Assembly (NCBI RefSeq): GCF_004010195.1
Contig: NC_057718.1
Location: forward strand, 29,078,466-29,131,994
DNA from: Chiloscyllium plagiosum
Taxonomy: Eukaryota
Direction of reading: 5' to 3'
DNA: 53,529 nucleotides
In this document: positions 1-13,580 of the stretch, in pieces
How positions within the stretch are numbered: the stretch's first letter is position 1
Layout of the letters: the number at the start of each line of letters is the position of its first letter
Notes under the pieces: generated by a model
The model's database searches: none
Told to the model about the DNA's origin: nothing
Seen by the model: only the letters and a program-made list of their open reading frames with translations
Position numbers and translations under genes: made by a program

Positions 1-172
1 TCCCTCCCCCCTACCTTTTATCTTAGCCTGCTTGGCACACTTTCCTCATTCCTGAAGAAGGGCTCATGCCCGAAATGTCGATTCTCCTTAGATGCTGCCT
101 GACCTGCTGCGCTTTTCCAGCAACACATTTTCAGCTCTGATCTCAGGCGTCTGCAGCCCTCACTTTCTCCTA
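1..172 (+). mobile_element. Penelope-like element terminal fragment with hammerhead-like motif
   Basis: CTGAAGA-A-GGGC-TCAT-GCCC-GAAA-TGTC at 52-79, followed by the tail gatgctgcctgacctgctg...cactttctcct shared with copies at ~20.0, 22.0, 28.0 and 48.5 kb. Confidence 0.75.
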
Positions 173-602
173 CAAAATTAATCAATATGAAACAGAATAC
201 TATTGGAAGAGATTTCCTCCCCCCAACTCCTTGCCATGTATTATGCAATGAATCTACAGAATAGTCTCCCAGATATAGTAGTTAGGAACATAGGAGTAGG
301 AACAGACCATTCAGCTCTTCGAGTTTGCTCCGTTCTGGATCCCAGTTGATCATCGACCTCAATGCCAAATTCCAATACCATCTCTGTATCCCCGATTCAT
401 TGTTAATTAGAACCCTATCAATCACTCTCTTCACCTTAATGACTGAGCTTCCAGCACCTTCTGGGCTAAACAATTCCCAAGGTTCACCGTGCTCTGCATG
501 AAGAAGTTCCTCCTCAGCTTTAGATGGCTTGAATCTTATTTTGAGGTTGTGTCCTGTAGCTCAGGGAAACATCCTTTCTGCATCTACTCTGTCTATCCTT
601 TT

Positions 603-813
603 AAGTTAAAAATCACACAACATCAGGTTATGGTCCAACAGGTTTGTTTGGAAGTACTAGCTGTCGGAGCGCTGCTGCTTCATTAGGTAGCTACCTGACA
701 AAGGAGCGGCGCTCCGAAAGCTATACTTCCAAACAGACCTGTTGGACTATAAGCTGGTGCTGTGTGATTTTTAACTTTGTCCAGCCAGTCCAACACAGGC
801 ACTGCCTCATCAT
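603..813. mobile_element. Fold-back Penelope-like insertion (family B), older copy
   Basis: Imperfect palindrome 603-777 centred on aggtagctacct; same family as 3655-4220; flanked by a[t/c]ccttttaag direct repeats; inserted in a decayed CR1 tail. Confidence 0.75.
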
Positions 814-2045
814 ACCCTTTTAAGAATTTTGTAATGGACACCATTTTATGTTTTGAAAGGTACTGTGCTCATGAACACCCCTATCAGTTTACCATTTACT
901 TTTACTGAAAAGAAAATTGCTGACTTCTGCTTTGTCATTAAATATATTTAAGTAGAGTTGGAGGCATAAGTATGAATAAGAATTGATGCATAAAAGGAGA
1001 AATACAAATAATGGAATGGGGTGTGAAGCACCAGGATCCCTGAGTTTCTGGGAACTTTGATGGTACAGTAAGGAAAGGATGGGTGTGAAATTTACGATCA
1101 GGGGAATTTTAACCAATTTTATCTTGTATAAAGATAAGGATGAAGTATGTAAGGTGTTTTCTCAAGAGGCTGGGTTGTTAGAAAGGGCCCAGTATATAGA
1201 GCTATCTATGTTTTTCTCACAGTTATGCTCAGTGTCATGGAATGGAGTAGATGCCAAATGAGACTTGCTTAGTCCTCAATCATGGCACAATTCAGTGGAG
1301 ACAGAGGCATTTCCCAGTTCAGCAGGCAGAAAAAGAAAGAAGTGGAAAGCTCTGCCTGGATGATCACTGGTACTTCTTCAAGACAGCCCTTGTATAATTG
1401 CCAACAGCCTGACAGAATTTCATAACCACCTGTAACGGTCATTTGTAGATGGTTGAAGGAAAGGTGACAGTAAAAAGGACAGTTCATTATCCATTGTCTT
1501 CCACATAGTAAAAAGTTAAAAGCTGGGGACAAATATTGTTAAATATTTGAATAAAACCTATCAGGTTAAAGCAACACAAGTATAAAGAGAAGGATCTTTC
1601 TAGGGCCAGAACAAAGTGGACTATGGTGAGAAGTGTGGTAGAATCGCATTAGAAGTCCAGCGAGGAACTATTTAAAAAATGGGAACAACTCGCTGCATCT
1701 TTTAATTAAGTTCCAGGCTTCAAGGCAAGATTCTCACTTAGCAGCAGCGAGTTTCCTATTAAGGGGACTATTGCTTCTTAATGACCTTATTAACTTCTCT
1801 CATCTCATTAATATGCAGTTTCCTCTCTTACCATCTATTACAAGAAAACAAGATCCCAAGAATTCTTGATGTGGAAGTCAGAGTGAGTACCTGGTGATTT
1901 CAGCCCACTGCTAGCTGGGAAAAGCATCCACATTGCTGGTGGACCAACTTAGGGCATCGTCCATTCTCCTTGCCAAAGTCAAGTGAATCTTCCTCAGCTT
2001 GAACTTCCAAAGATTGGAGGAGTTAGGCAGTGTAGGGTGGAAGTG

Positions 2046-2168
2046 GAGAGCCCAGCTACCTCTCAAGTATCCTTCGAGAGCCCAGCTACCTCTCAAGTAT
2101 CCTTCGAGAGCCCAGCTACCTCTCAAGTATCCTTCAAGAGCCCAGCTACCTCTCAAGTATCCTTCGAG
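2046..2168 (+). repeat. 30-bp minisatellite, about 4 copies
   Basis: Unit gagagcccagctacctctcaagtatccttc at 2046, 2076, 2106 and 2136 (one mismatch in the fourth copy). Confidence 0.97.
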
Positions 2169-3654
2169 GTGGCTTCTGAGGTGGCCATGCTTCCTCTACA
2201 GGCTGGATGCACCTTTGCACCTCTTTGTGAGGAAGGGGAACTATGCTTTGAGCGCCAGGTTCTCCATTTCCCCTGTTACCATGCTTTCAATCAGGAGGAC
2301 CAATGCTTGGAGAAATGGAATGAAGGTTTGTGTATGTATCCAGCAGGCCTAGAGGGAACTGGATCTGGCTCTCTATGGCAATCATGGAGGCAGCCAGGCA
2401 ACTGCATGTCTGAGACTTAGCTGCATTCCTGTTGCCTATGAGATATGAGGGTTATTGCCTTCCGCAGAACTGCCTGGTTCTTCCTGTGTATTCTGACAAG
2501 TCCCTGATTGCCAATACCACAAGATCCTGTCCTGCATGGAGCTGAGCAGGGGCCTGGTATGCTGCAATCCTCTAAGAGCTACTGGCTTGGGCTGGTTCTT
2601 CTTTGGCCAGCTGAGGAGCTCTTGCAGTGAGGTGCTGACCAATTCGAACTCCCAAACATTTCCCTCATGGTGTCAGTGTTGGAGCTGGCAGGGCGAGAGA
2701 GGCTGCCTTGCTGACACTTCCTTTGAGGCTTTGAACACAATTCCCTTGAAGTTGAGAAGGAAAGGAGCAGCCTGTTTCTCCACAAGGGTCACAGACATCC
2801 ATTGGTACCTGGAAGGCAAAGGGTAGAGAAAGCCAAGCAACCAATAGTTAGAAATGGAGTGCAATGAAAGACATTGACAACAGCGCTACTGTGTGAATTG
2901 CAGGGATAGGAGAAATTCTCCTTACTCAGTTCGATGAACATGGATGTCTTTACATTGCTGCAGATGCAGTCCTGGTCTTCCCCAAGGGATAGGATTCGTC
3001 CCTTGTCATGGATGAGGCGCTTGATGTCAGGCACTCCTCCACTCATCCCAGCTCTTTCCGAACTGTTATGGGCTGTGTTCTTTTGTAAAAGGATATGGAA
3101 GGATTGAGTGAGCAAGCTGAAAGTGAGTGACAGAGCTACTGGTGCTAGTATAGGGAGTCAAAAAGATAGTGAGATGTCCCAGATGGGTGAACAGGCAGTG
3201 TGAATACCATGGAGAATTAGTGGTATGGGAAGAACGAGAGACAGTGGGGGAAGATGTTGCATGCAATAACGAGAATGGTAGAGGATGAGCCTTGGTGGGA
3301 GGTAAGTGCAGGAGCTGAAAAAGAGAGTGTCAGGTAACAGAGAGAATGTGGCACTTAATTGAGTCCAGCGCAGAAGGTCAATGCCTTTCTTGCAGAACTG
3401 CTGGTAGTTCTTCTGAATGGTAGATACTGCACTGACTTGGGCAATCACCTCAGACTAGGGTCCAGGTGCCTTCCCAGTTAGCTGTCCAGGAAGAGGGCAG
3501 CTCTCCTCTAGATCACTCGGTCCACCCAGACCTCCAGGTCTTGGTCAGAGAATCGCGGTGCCATTTTCCCTTCTCTGGGATTGAAACATGTCTTTCAATG
3601 AGCAGAGCAGATTCATAATGGCAGTGCTTGTCCGGGTGCATGCCATTCTTTTCG

Positions 3655-4220
3655 CAAAGTTAAAAATCACACAACACCAGGTTATAGTCCAACAGGTTTA
3701 ATTGGAAGCACACTAGCTTTCGGAGCGCCGCTCCTTCATCAGGTGATAGTGGAGGACACAATTCTAAGGCACAGAATTTATAGCAAAAATTTACAGTGTG
3801 ATGTAACTGAAATTATACATTGAAAAATACCTCGATTGTCTGTTGAGTCTTTCATCTGTTCAAATACCATGATAGTTTCACTTCTTTCATGTGTAAATCA
3901 CAAAACGTTTTTTTTTAAGAAAAGGTTTAAAAAAACGTTTTGTGATTTACACATGAAAGAAGTGAAACTATCATGGTATTTGAACAGATGAAAGACTCAA
4001 CAGACAATCGAGGTATTTTTCAATGTATAATTTCAGTTACATCACACTGTAAATTTTTGCTATAAATTCTGTGCCTTAGAATTGTGTCCTCCACTATCAC
4101 CTGATGAAGGAGCGTCGCTCCGAAAGCTAGTGTGCTTCCAATTAAACCTGTTGGACTATAACCTGGTGTTGTGTGATTTTTAATTTTGTACCCCCAGTCC
4201 CACACCGGCATCTCCAAATC
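3655..4220. mobile_element. Fold-back Penelope-like insertion (family B) with ~260-bp near-perfect inverted arms
   Basis: Left arm 3655-~3918 is the reverse complement of ~3927-4188; loop of about 8 nt; short single-copy tail to ~4220; cattcttt on both flanks. Confidence 0.85.
4098..4132 (+). ncRNA. Minimal type I hammerhead ribozyme motif (mirror copy on minus strand ~3711-3745)
   Basis: CAC-CTGATGA-A-GGAGC-gtc-GCTCC-GAAA-GCTA-GTG: catalytic boxes, 5-bp stem II, palindromic AGCT stem III, CUA cleavage triplet, and CAC/GTG stem I. Activity untested. Confidence 0.75.
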
Positions 4221-5949
4221 ATTCTTTAAGCAGATATCCATTGAGTGGAGGGACCTTGCAGGAACAGCAGGTGGTCAGATGGGGCTAGAATCAGGTAAGA
4301 GGGGCGCAGTAGGTACTTAATGAGTTAAGGTTGCTACGATGTGGCGAAAAATCCTGCTCGGCCTCACAGAGAGATACTCTCTGTGAAAAAACTGAGACTT
4401 AGCCAAAAAAATGTAAGATACAGCCCAATATTACAGAAAGCACAATTCTGTCGTGCTTCCAAATATAGATTAAATTAAGACTGATCTCAAAAAGCATAAG
4501 GTCTTCAGACAATGAAAAAGATATAGAGTATAGGTTTGAGTAGAAATTTTTCTAATAAGAATCTGAAAAGCATTATTATGAGTTTAAAAATGGCAATGAA
4601 TAAAGTAATGTCTGAAGGTAAACAAATCTCCAGGTTCAGATGTTTTTACCTGAGGTGAGGAAATTACAAACGTTTTAGTTACAATCCAAAACCAATTAGA
4701 TTCAAAGGATAGTATCAACGCATGGAAAGTTGCAAATGTTGCATTGTTTTCAAAAAACAAATAGCCACAAATTAATTTAGGTGCTTAAAAAGATAATACT
4801 ATAATGTTTCAAGGAAGTGTCTTAAGGATGTGAACAAAATGAAAAAAATCCAGATTAAAATTATACAGCAAACAAAATACCAAGAAGGTTCATGAAACAG
4901 AAAATGTTGCAAATTCACTGTTGGCCAATCATATTTCATTTCCTAATACTAATGACTGTAAATTTTCAGCACTTTCAGTTTTCTTTTCAAATAAACAAGT
5001 AATTCAATACTAAATTATGCATCAAACTACACTGCATTGGCTCTTCACAGAGCCAACATTTCACAATGAATTAAACTGAGTGCAAGATTGATTATGATAG
5101 GAGGAGACCAAATGTAATATCCAGTCTTAGTTATTGAAATTTATAGAATTGTGCATGACAGCTGTGGGAAAAAAAATGGAGAATATGACTGGAATGACAT
5201 TCTTGCCACGGCAGTACATTTGCACTGTTTGCAAATTACAACAATTTTCATACCTCATAATGGAACTCGCATATGGTAAGGTGGAGAATACAATCTTTCA
5301 CTTGTTCTTATTGTCTTTGCAATGTCATTTGTGTTTCTGTCGTTTCTCTCATCTTTTTCCTTTTTTGCTTCTGTCTCCGGCCTCTTCTTCTTTCCTTCCT
5401 GACTTTTCCTTTTCAAGCAGCAAGTGGTCTTCCTATTTCCTAGGTGTCAGTCCTGATTGGCAGTGACCCTCACAAAGCTCAGCTCATCACATAAAATAGT
5501 TTCTAAAATATGAGGAAGGATGAAGCTCTGAATTAAAGCTACCAAACTGTGAAATACTTCTGCAGCACGTGACCATGACTGTAGCTTGTGCTTTTCAAGA
5601 ATTTCTATATTTGTGTCCAATGTAAGGAACTGGCACAGTTTCAGGGATTTTTAGCCTCACTTCCAAGAGATAACTGCCATCTGCTCAAAGGAATATGGTG
5701 TTATCAATGGATGAAAGGGCCAAGGAATGGCAACCACATGCGGATTTATACTTTTTAAAAAACTCAACAAAAGAGCTCCACATTTCTGACAGGAGAGATC
5801 AATAAGGGCTCCTTGTTGCAGAGCTGTACTTCCATTATTATAGGTCACTTGTTATATAAAACAGTCAGGCGAAGGTAAAACATGTACCCCTGTTCACAGA
5901 ATTCAGCTGCCATTTTGAGATGTAAAGGCCCAGCATCTCACACAGCCAC

Positions 5950-6560
5950 GTGGACTTTGGTTGGGCCACAATTATTAATACATATTATTGACTTGGACCA
6001 CAGAAGTAAATGTATTAGTGTCAAGTTTGCGAATTACACAAAAATAGGTGGTAAAGCAAGTAGTGAGGATAACACAAAGTGTCTTTAGAGGGATAGACAC
6101 TGGTTAAATGAGTAGGCAGAAAGTTGGGGGATGGAGTATAATGTGGGAAAATGTGAAGTTACGCTTTTTGATAGGAAGAATAGAAGAGTTGAATATTATT
6201 TAACTGAGGAAATACTATAAAAATAACTGCAGCACGGAAGGACCTTGACGCCCTTGTGCATGAATCACAAAAACATAGTACCCAAGTCCAGCAGATAAAA
6301 TAGGTGAGGCTGTTTTTTCAGACTGGTGGGTGTTATTTCAAAGCGAATGCAGTATAAAAATGGGGTGGTCCTGCTAAAATTATACAAGGCACTAATCGGA
6401 ATGCACTTGCAATACTGTGAACAATTTTGGCCTTCCTATCTAATTAAAAATATATGAGTATTGGAAGCAGTGCAGAGAGGTTCACAGGTAAGGAGGGACT
6501 TTCATCAGAGGAGATGTTGACTAGATTGATCTTGTACTCATTGAAGTTCAGAAAAATAAG
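5950..6560 (+). mobile_element. Decayed CR1 LINE RT 3' fragment
   Basis: Translates in part to ISVKFANYTKIGGK (FADDTKIGG-like), followed by a YKALIxxHLxYC-like segment. Confidence 0.75.
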
Positions 6561-9500
6561 GCCAGACTTTTAAACAATTTATAAGATTACACATATGGCA
6601 GATAAAAGGTTAACAGTTTAAACATGGAGAAGTTGGTTTTCCTTCCCATGATTCATTTCCTTCAAATATCCAAACAGCTGATTCCGTCATGTTGGCCACT
6701 TCCTATCAGCTGGCCTTAGGGAACCTAAGATGTTCACTCTGATGTTACTGCAAACCAACTCAAGGCCTACGCCTTGACAGCCAACATCACTGCTACTGTA
6801 TGCCATTAAATCCAACACTGAAGATGCCTATGTGAAACCTCTGTTTTAGAAAAAAAATGAGATAGATCACCAAGTGTGAGGACAAATCTTTCCTCAAACT
6901 GCATGGCCTGTGAAGGCAACAGTGTAACTTATATCAGAGTATTAGGAAATTAGTCATCCTGTTCAGTTGGATTCTTCCTTCATCTCTGAATTTTCTGACT
7001 TTTTTTTACTGTTTATGTTTTAAAAAGCTTAGTATTTCCTTTCATATTAGGTGCTGACTTTTTTTAATGGCCCTTAGAATGTCCCTTTTAATTTCTTTGC
7101 AACAATTCTAAATTCCTCGTTTAAACAAATGCTATTCCATCTCCAATTCACATACAGCCTTCTAAATTTCTTCTACTAATTGCGCTATTAATCCACCAAC
7201 CCCTTTCATCTTACAGGAATATTTCTATTTTATGGACCATTCATTTTTCCACTGCTATCTCATTATCTTGTTAACTTATTGCCAGTTAAAATAAGGTAGT
7301 TCCCTTCTTATCTCACAGAATTTTTTTACATCTCAGTTTGGTTTTACCTCATTACTCTTTTCTAGTGGCAGAGTGATCTTAACTACAATGTGGTTATTAT
7401 TTCCCAATTGTTACGGTGCTCAGGTTAGTTATCAACCCAATTTAATTTCTCAGAACAAGCTAAACCATCTTGTCTTTATACTTTGGACAGAATAACTATT
7501 GATGCAGGAAGCAATGTAAATATTGTGGGTTTTTTTCTAATTTTGATAGGAAGTATTACATTTATTCCAGGCAATTATCAGAACAGTCAAAAGTCCCCAA
7601 TATTATTATTGTTGTTCTTGCACATTTCAATGAAGTCTGTGCTATTTGGTGGCTTATAATATGTATCAAGAATGCTCCCATTTCACTTCTCATTCCTTAA
7701 CTGTATCCATATGGGCAGTTTTTTTTCCTATAGGATTACATAGAAACTACCACAAGAAACCTGTTTACCTGCCAAATGACCACTGTCTTAATCCCATATG
7801 CATTCCATGTTCCCCTCTCTTTGTTTTACTGTAACATCCAGAACATCCTTTATAGCCAACAAAGAATCCCCTTTTAAGAATTTATAAATGTATAATTTTT
7901 TTCTCTTTATATGTATATATGTTACTGTGCATTATGCACGCAATTATAGCAATATTTTATCTAAACATATAAGCATTCTCCCAGTACTGTGCTCTTTTCT
8001 CCAGAAGCATTATTTGTTTTCAAACTTGGCACAACAAAATTTAAATATATATTACAAGATTGATCAGTTCAGATGAGGTGATGATTTATTTGTAGTTCTT
8101 GAAAACAACACACAAATATCATTGTAATGTTTACAGCAGTTTTTGCTCAATTACTCTGCATTTCAGACTGAAGCCAAACAACAAGAAGTGGTAGTGTGAC
8201 TCCAAGCACAAAAAGGTGTTGCTAAAATAGCTTTTAATGTTAATGGCATGAAGGCTACCATTTTAATTCAAATGAGGGTGTTTATACCTCCTACCCACAG
8301 AAGATGGAATTTCAATAACAGCTAACATATGTTTGTGGGCTAACATTTGCAATAAAGAAAAGCAAGGCAATTCATTTCACTTTTGTCTCCACTGTGTTTG
8401 ACATTAATGTGTCAGCAAAAGGACAGACAGGCAACTCCCTCCCAAGCTCCTCAAAATGCACAGGACAATTCAAGTGTCAATCATTCCAAAAAGGAAGGCG
8501 ATGTTTGTCTTCATCTTTCCTCTGAAAGACTCCACAGAATGGAGCAACTGAAACATTGAAATCCTTAACTTGTAAGCGAGATGTTGCATAATTGGTTCCT
8601 AGATATATTGTTCCTTAGTAAAGGCAAACAAAAAACGTATTCTATGCTGTAGCCAGAGAGAAAAAAACATATTAAATAATGCAGCCACAGTTATCAGAAA
8701 AACCCACGGGCATAAGTTTCTAATCTCAAGACTTTAGAAACATTAATTTATTTCCAAATCAACTGTTTGTCTTTACAGGCAAAATCAAATGCATCAAAAT
8801 TACTATTTAAAAAATATAGCTTTTCTGACCATCTAAAACACAAACTGAAAACCATAAAAACACTACTCACACAGACCTAATGCAGTAAGAGGGAACCACC
8901 CGGCAGGTGCTGCAAATAACCCGGTGACGCAATCATACAGAAATTAAAGTGTGGATCAGCAAGTGTCAGCAACAGCAGCTGCAGCACTGTGCTGTCAGAT
9001 GCGCTTTTCTTAGCCTTTCCACCAGCACCTTACTCCTGCTGATCTTAGTGTTAAGCTGCAGTGCTTCTCTTTAGCCATACTGCAGCACCACCACAGACTG
9101 AGTCAACAGGAATGAGCACACACCAAGACACGGCTTGTAAGCACTGAGTGAAATAGTACTAAAAAGCAAGAATGCTACCTCCTTTTCATTTAGCACAGAG
9201 AATGTGCATTCTATACATTATCTCCCTCCCCTATATCAGCATTTCAAAAAGATACTTTTCCCACAGAAATTCATAATTGCAGCAACTGATAATGGAGCAC
9301 ACCTGAAATAAAGATGCTCAGCAATATCCAATAGATCTGGTACAATTTAAATTCTGGAAATTCATAATAAATATAAAGGTATGGAATGAGCTTAAATTGT
9401 TTTGTTTATTAGATAGTAGATTAAAGACCGCATTAATTAAAACAAATGAAGTAATGATCTTGAATTGTTGTCTGTTCTGCACACTGGAATAAAACCCATT

Positions 9501-10644
9501 GTACAGATATTTGTACAGAGTTCTTGTGATCAAGGCCTGGAACCCAATTAAGTCACTTATGATTTCCCTGCGTGGGGGATGACCTTGCTTTGGCAGGTGG
9601 CGGGACACGGGGGTGTATGTTGTTGGCAGTTACACCAAGTGGTGTCATTCCTTCAGGAGCTCACCCCAGAGGGCTGTGCCCCAATAGGTGGACTGGCAGC
9701 TGAGCAGGGCAAGCAGTGGCCACACCTCCAGGCTGAGGATGAATGAATGGCTGTCATCCCCAAGAACAAGTAACTGAGACTGAAGCTAGACAGGGCCTGG
9801 TAGCCAGCACATATAATTTCAGCAGCATCTTTGTGAAAAGGTGGTACCATTAATGCAGAGTCCTCTCTGGTAGTGAAAAAGAATACCCAAAAGAAGGCAT
9901 GCCCCTTCATCTCAGAACACTCCAGCCTTTATCGGATAGTCTCCCCTCAACTTGGCGGGGGTACCCATCCCTGTCACTGTCAAAACACCCAGAAAAATAG
10001 GAAGGAGTTCTGTTGGGTGCCAGAAATAAGACTCATCTTACATTTTTCCACTGTTGGAAAAATGGGATAGCAGAAGGAAAGTGACAGGCATGCCACACAC
10101 CACATTTCTGCACCACTTTGCAAAGTTTCCAAATGCCCAGCCAGTCCTGTGGTCTGGTAAAATACAGTCCATTGAGTTTTCCAGTGTTTTCAAACAGCTA
10201 AACAAATTCTCCAATGGAATAAATATGACACACCGCATCATGAGAATTTCACATTGGAACGGAAGTCAAATTAGACGAAGAAGGAACCCAAAAGGCCACC
10301 TCCAACTAAATAATTATAAGGAGAATATTGAGAGGTCTAGGGCAGGTACATTGGCTGCCTGTTCGGAAACCAGCATATCTGACACAGTAAGGAAAATACT
10401 GGAAAGAAAAATAAGGAAGTGAGTAAAACAAATACCCTGCTAAAGTACATTAACATTTTGTATTGTTCCTCTGGCTTAATGGTAGCACTCAAATCTCGGT
10501 TTCAATAAAATGTCAGGTCAAACTCCACTCCAGGACTTCAACGTATTCATAATCTATGGTGGGACCCACTGTACAGAACAGATAATGTTGAAAATAGATG
10601 TTTTAAAGCCAGAACTATTATTAACTACAAATATCACCATTATG

Positions 10645-10970
10645 TATGGTGAGTAATCCCATCCAGATTTGTTATCCAAAGGCTCAGGCACATACTCTGG
10701 GGACAATGGGTTTAAATCACACCACATCAACTGGTAGATTTGAAATTCAATTAAAATCTGGAATTGAAAGCTAGTTCAGTAATAGCAATCATTATGTCCT
10801 TCAGAGACAAAACTTTGTATCTCATTTGGTTTACAGGTGACTCCAGATCTTCAAAAATGTGACTGACTCTTAACCGCCCTCAGAAATGGTTGAGCAAGTC
10901 ATTCAGTTCAGGGGCAATTAGAGATGCTGACCTAGTTAACAACACCTACATACCATGAAAGAATTTTTAA
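10645..10970 (+). mobile_element. Old tRNA-derived Deu-domain-type SINE remnant
   Basis: Contains gtgactccag...tgactcttaaccgccctc...gggcaattagagatg, similar to the inverted copy at 18375-18725. Confidence 0.55.
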
Positions 10971-11326
10971 AAAAGGAACTGTCAACTGGACAAGGAATCT
11001 GCCTTCATATTACTAAATTGATAAAGGAATTACTGAGGAAACATCTGACTGAATGCATTTTTTGGAGCTCCATGTTTTAAAAGGATTACCATAACAAAAC
11101 TCACCAAGTTTAATATGCAATCACAAACAGCAACATGTGACAGGCATTACATTCTGGGTAACTTTCACTCTATTTATATATATTGGCTGAGTTTAGAAAA
11201 ACACATCTATTTTCCACATTCCAGTTTTCTGCAATTAAATTACAGCTTGTCCATTCTCTCCATAGATACTCTGATCAACCTCTTCAGACATATTTGGGGC
11301 CAGCTAAAAACTGAACCCAGCTCTTA

Positions 11327-11655
11327 AGATTAGATTTAAGATTAGATTACTTACAGTGTGGAAACAGGCCCTTCGGCCCAACAAGTCCACACCGACCTGC
11401 CGAAGCGTAACCCACCCAGACCCATTCTCCTACATTTACCCCTTCACCTAACACTACGGGCAATTTAGAATGGCCAATTCACCTAACCTGCACATTTTTG
11501 GACTGTGGGAGGAAACCGGAGCACCCGGAGGAAACCCACGCAGACACGGGGAGAATGTGCAAACTCCACACAGAGAGTTGCCTGAGGCGGAAATTGAACC
11601 CGGGTCTCTGGCGCTCTGAGGCAGCAGTGCTAACCACTGTGCCACCGTGCTGCCC
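11327..11655 (-). mobile_element. HE1-like tRNA-derived SINE, near full length
   Basis: Minus strand starts GGGCAGCACGGTGGCACAGTGGTTAGCAC (A box)...GGTTCAATTTCC (B box); V-SINE-like core TGTGTGGAGTTTGCACATTCTCCCCG; CR1-like tail ending in (tctaa)n-like repeats. Confidence 0.9.
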
Positions 11656-12249
11656 AAAAGTAGTGACACTACCACTGCATCTCAAAAGCCCTAGTAGTCT
11701 CTCCATAAACTTGCAGCAAGCTGTGCTTCTGTTGAAGTAACTGCTGATTAATTTTTTTTAAAAGTACCAATTGCATATTTAAACAACTCCCTCAACATCC
11801 CTGCGTCCAAATTGAATGGCTTTGGCCTTCATCAGACATGTAGATCAATTAATTGTTGAAACAATTGTATCTTGAATAAATCTGGGTATGGTGTGTGAAT
11901 GAATGTATAAATAAGCAGAAGTAAACTATTCAGCCCTTTGAATCAGCTCTGCCATTAAAAGGATCATGGTTAGTCCACATTTCCATCTGTCCCAATAACC
12001 TTCGAATATTTTCAAGGCAGAGGTAGCTAGGTTCACGTTAGGTAGGAAAATCAATGATCCCATCTCCATCACCTGCTAAAGCAAAGAGTTCCAAATTCTC
12101 AAAAACCTCAGAGAGAAAAATCTCTTCATCTCTGTTTTGAATGAATGACCACTAATTTTAAATCAGCATCCCACAGTTCTTGAATCATCCACAAAAGGAA
12201 ACATCCTTTTCATATTTATCTTGTCAAAACCATTTATGATCTTATACAT

Positions 12250-13300
12250 TTCAAATAAGCCATTGGTGAGACCACATCTTGAATACAGTGCAGTTTTGGT
12301 TTCCTTACTTAAGGTTTCAAATGCACTGGAAGCACTTAAGAGCTTTGTTCAATTGATGCCAGGAATGATGCCTTATGAGGAAAGGCTGGACAGGCTGGAC
12401 TTGTTTCCACTGGTGTTTTAGAAGAATGAGAGGTATGTCATTGAATATTGGATATCTGAAGCATAACATCCCTTTGAGTTCAATTCCTCTAGTAATAAAG
12501 GATAATATCCCACTAGCTTTTTTGAGTATTTGCTTCACCTGCACATTAACATTTTGTGACTCATACGCCAGAATACTTAATTCCATCTGCAATTGTTCTC
12601 CATTTAAATAATATTCTTTTTTCATTCTTCTTGCCAAAATTAAGAACTTCCCATTTACTCATATTATACTCTATCTGCCCAATTTTTGCCTACTCACTCA
12701 AACTATCTAAATCTGTCTGTAAATTAGATTAGATTCCCTACAGTGGGGAAACAGGCCCTTCGGCCCAACCAGTCCACACCGACCCGCCGAAAAGTAACCT
12801 ACCCAGACCCATTTACCCTCTGACTAATGCACCTAACAGTATGGGCAATTTAGCATGACCAATTCACCTGACTTGCACATCTTTGGACTGTGGGAGGAAC
12901 CCCACGGGGAGAATATGCACACAGACAATCGCCTGAAGCTGGAATCGAACCTGGGACCCTTGTGCTGTGAGGTAGCAGTGCTAACCACTGAGCCACTATG
13001 CTGCCCATATTTTCCTACCTATCTTGGAGTTGTCTGCCAATTCATTTAAGTTGCTTTTGCACATCTAAGTCATTAGTGTAGTTTGCAGGAAGTTGAAGCC
13101 CCAGCAGAGATCTCTGGAGGATTCCATTCATTAGACCTTGCCAATTAGACAAAGACTCATTTATGCATACTCTCTGCTTTTTTTTAATCCAGCCAGCCAG
13201 CCTATCCATGGTAATGTTACCACCTTAATGCTGATTTTTCTTTTTCTGCAATAGCATCCAAAATGATACTTATCAAATGCTTTGTGGAAATCTAAGTATG
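12250..13300. mobile_element. Decayed CR1 fragments in both orientations
   Basis: LVRPHLEYS motif on + (12263-12290); KKASGILSFITRGIE on - (ORF 12317..12637). Confidence 0.7.
12722..13006 (-). mobile_element. HE1-like SINE with internal deletions, nested in CR1
   Basis: Same head and tail as 11327-11655. Confidence 0.85.
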
Positions 13301-13580
13301 ATATGTCTAGAGGCTCTTTATCCACATTGCATGTTTTTAAAGAACTCCAGTAAATTGGATTTTCATTTAGAACTGATTGCTACCCCTGTAGGTACTGTGA
13401 TAGAATTTTGAACAACTATTGAATAACTTGGATAACAATGCTTCATTTTTAATACCATCGCCATATTGAAATGCTCTCCCAAAACTGACTGACAAATTCA
13501 CTCTTCACAAATCCCTTGTGATCAAGAATGACTTACTTCCCCCACATTCAAAGGGTTCTGAAATGACTGATAAATCCAAT

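Larger units (their letters stand above)
1690..4426 (-). mobile_element. Decayed PIF/Harbinger-like DNA transposon with Myb/SANT-like remnant
   Basis: Minus strand ~3355-3460 translates to EVIAQVSAVSTIQKNYQQFCKKGIDLLR, resembling the W..VA..VSA....R...QCRKK.NDL Myb/SANT motif of Harbinger accessory proteins. Candidate degenerate TIRs cgctgcatctt (1691) and aagatacagccc (ends 4426). Confidence 0.5.

Noticed and set aside
1911..2420. Repetitive ORFs (SPATSQVSFE)n and (RAQLPLKYPS)n as proteins
   Set aside because: By-products of a 30-bp tandem repeat that is open in several frames; no splice or homology support.
9530..10050. Possible non-autonomous DNA transposon relics (also ~26.1-26.8, 34.0-34.5 and 46.7-47.1 kb)
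   Set aside because: GC-richer and TE-like, but too decayed to define ends or family by eye.
11580..11655. tRNA gene
   Set aside because: The A and B boxes belong to a SINE head continuing into a SINE body and CR1-like tail; no complete cloverleaf.
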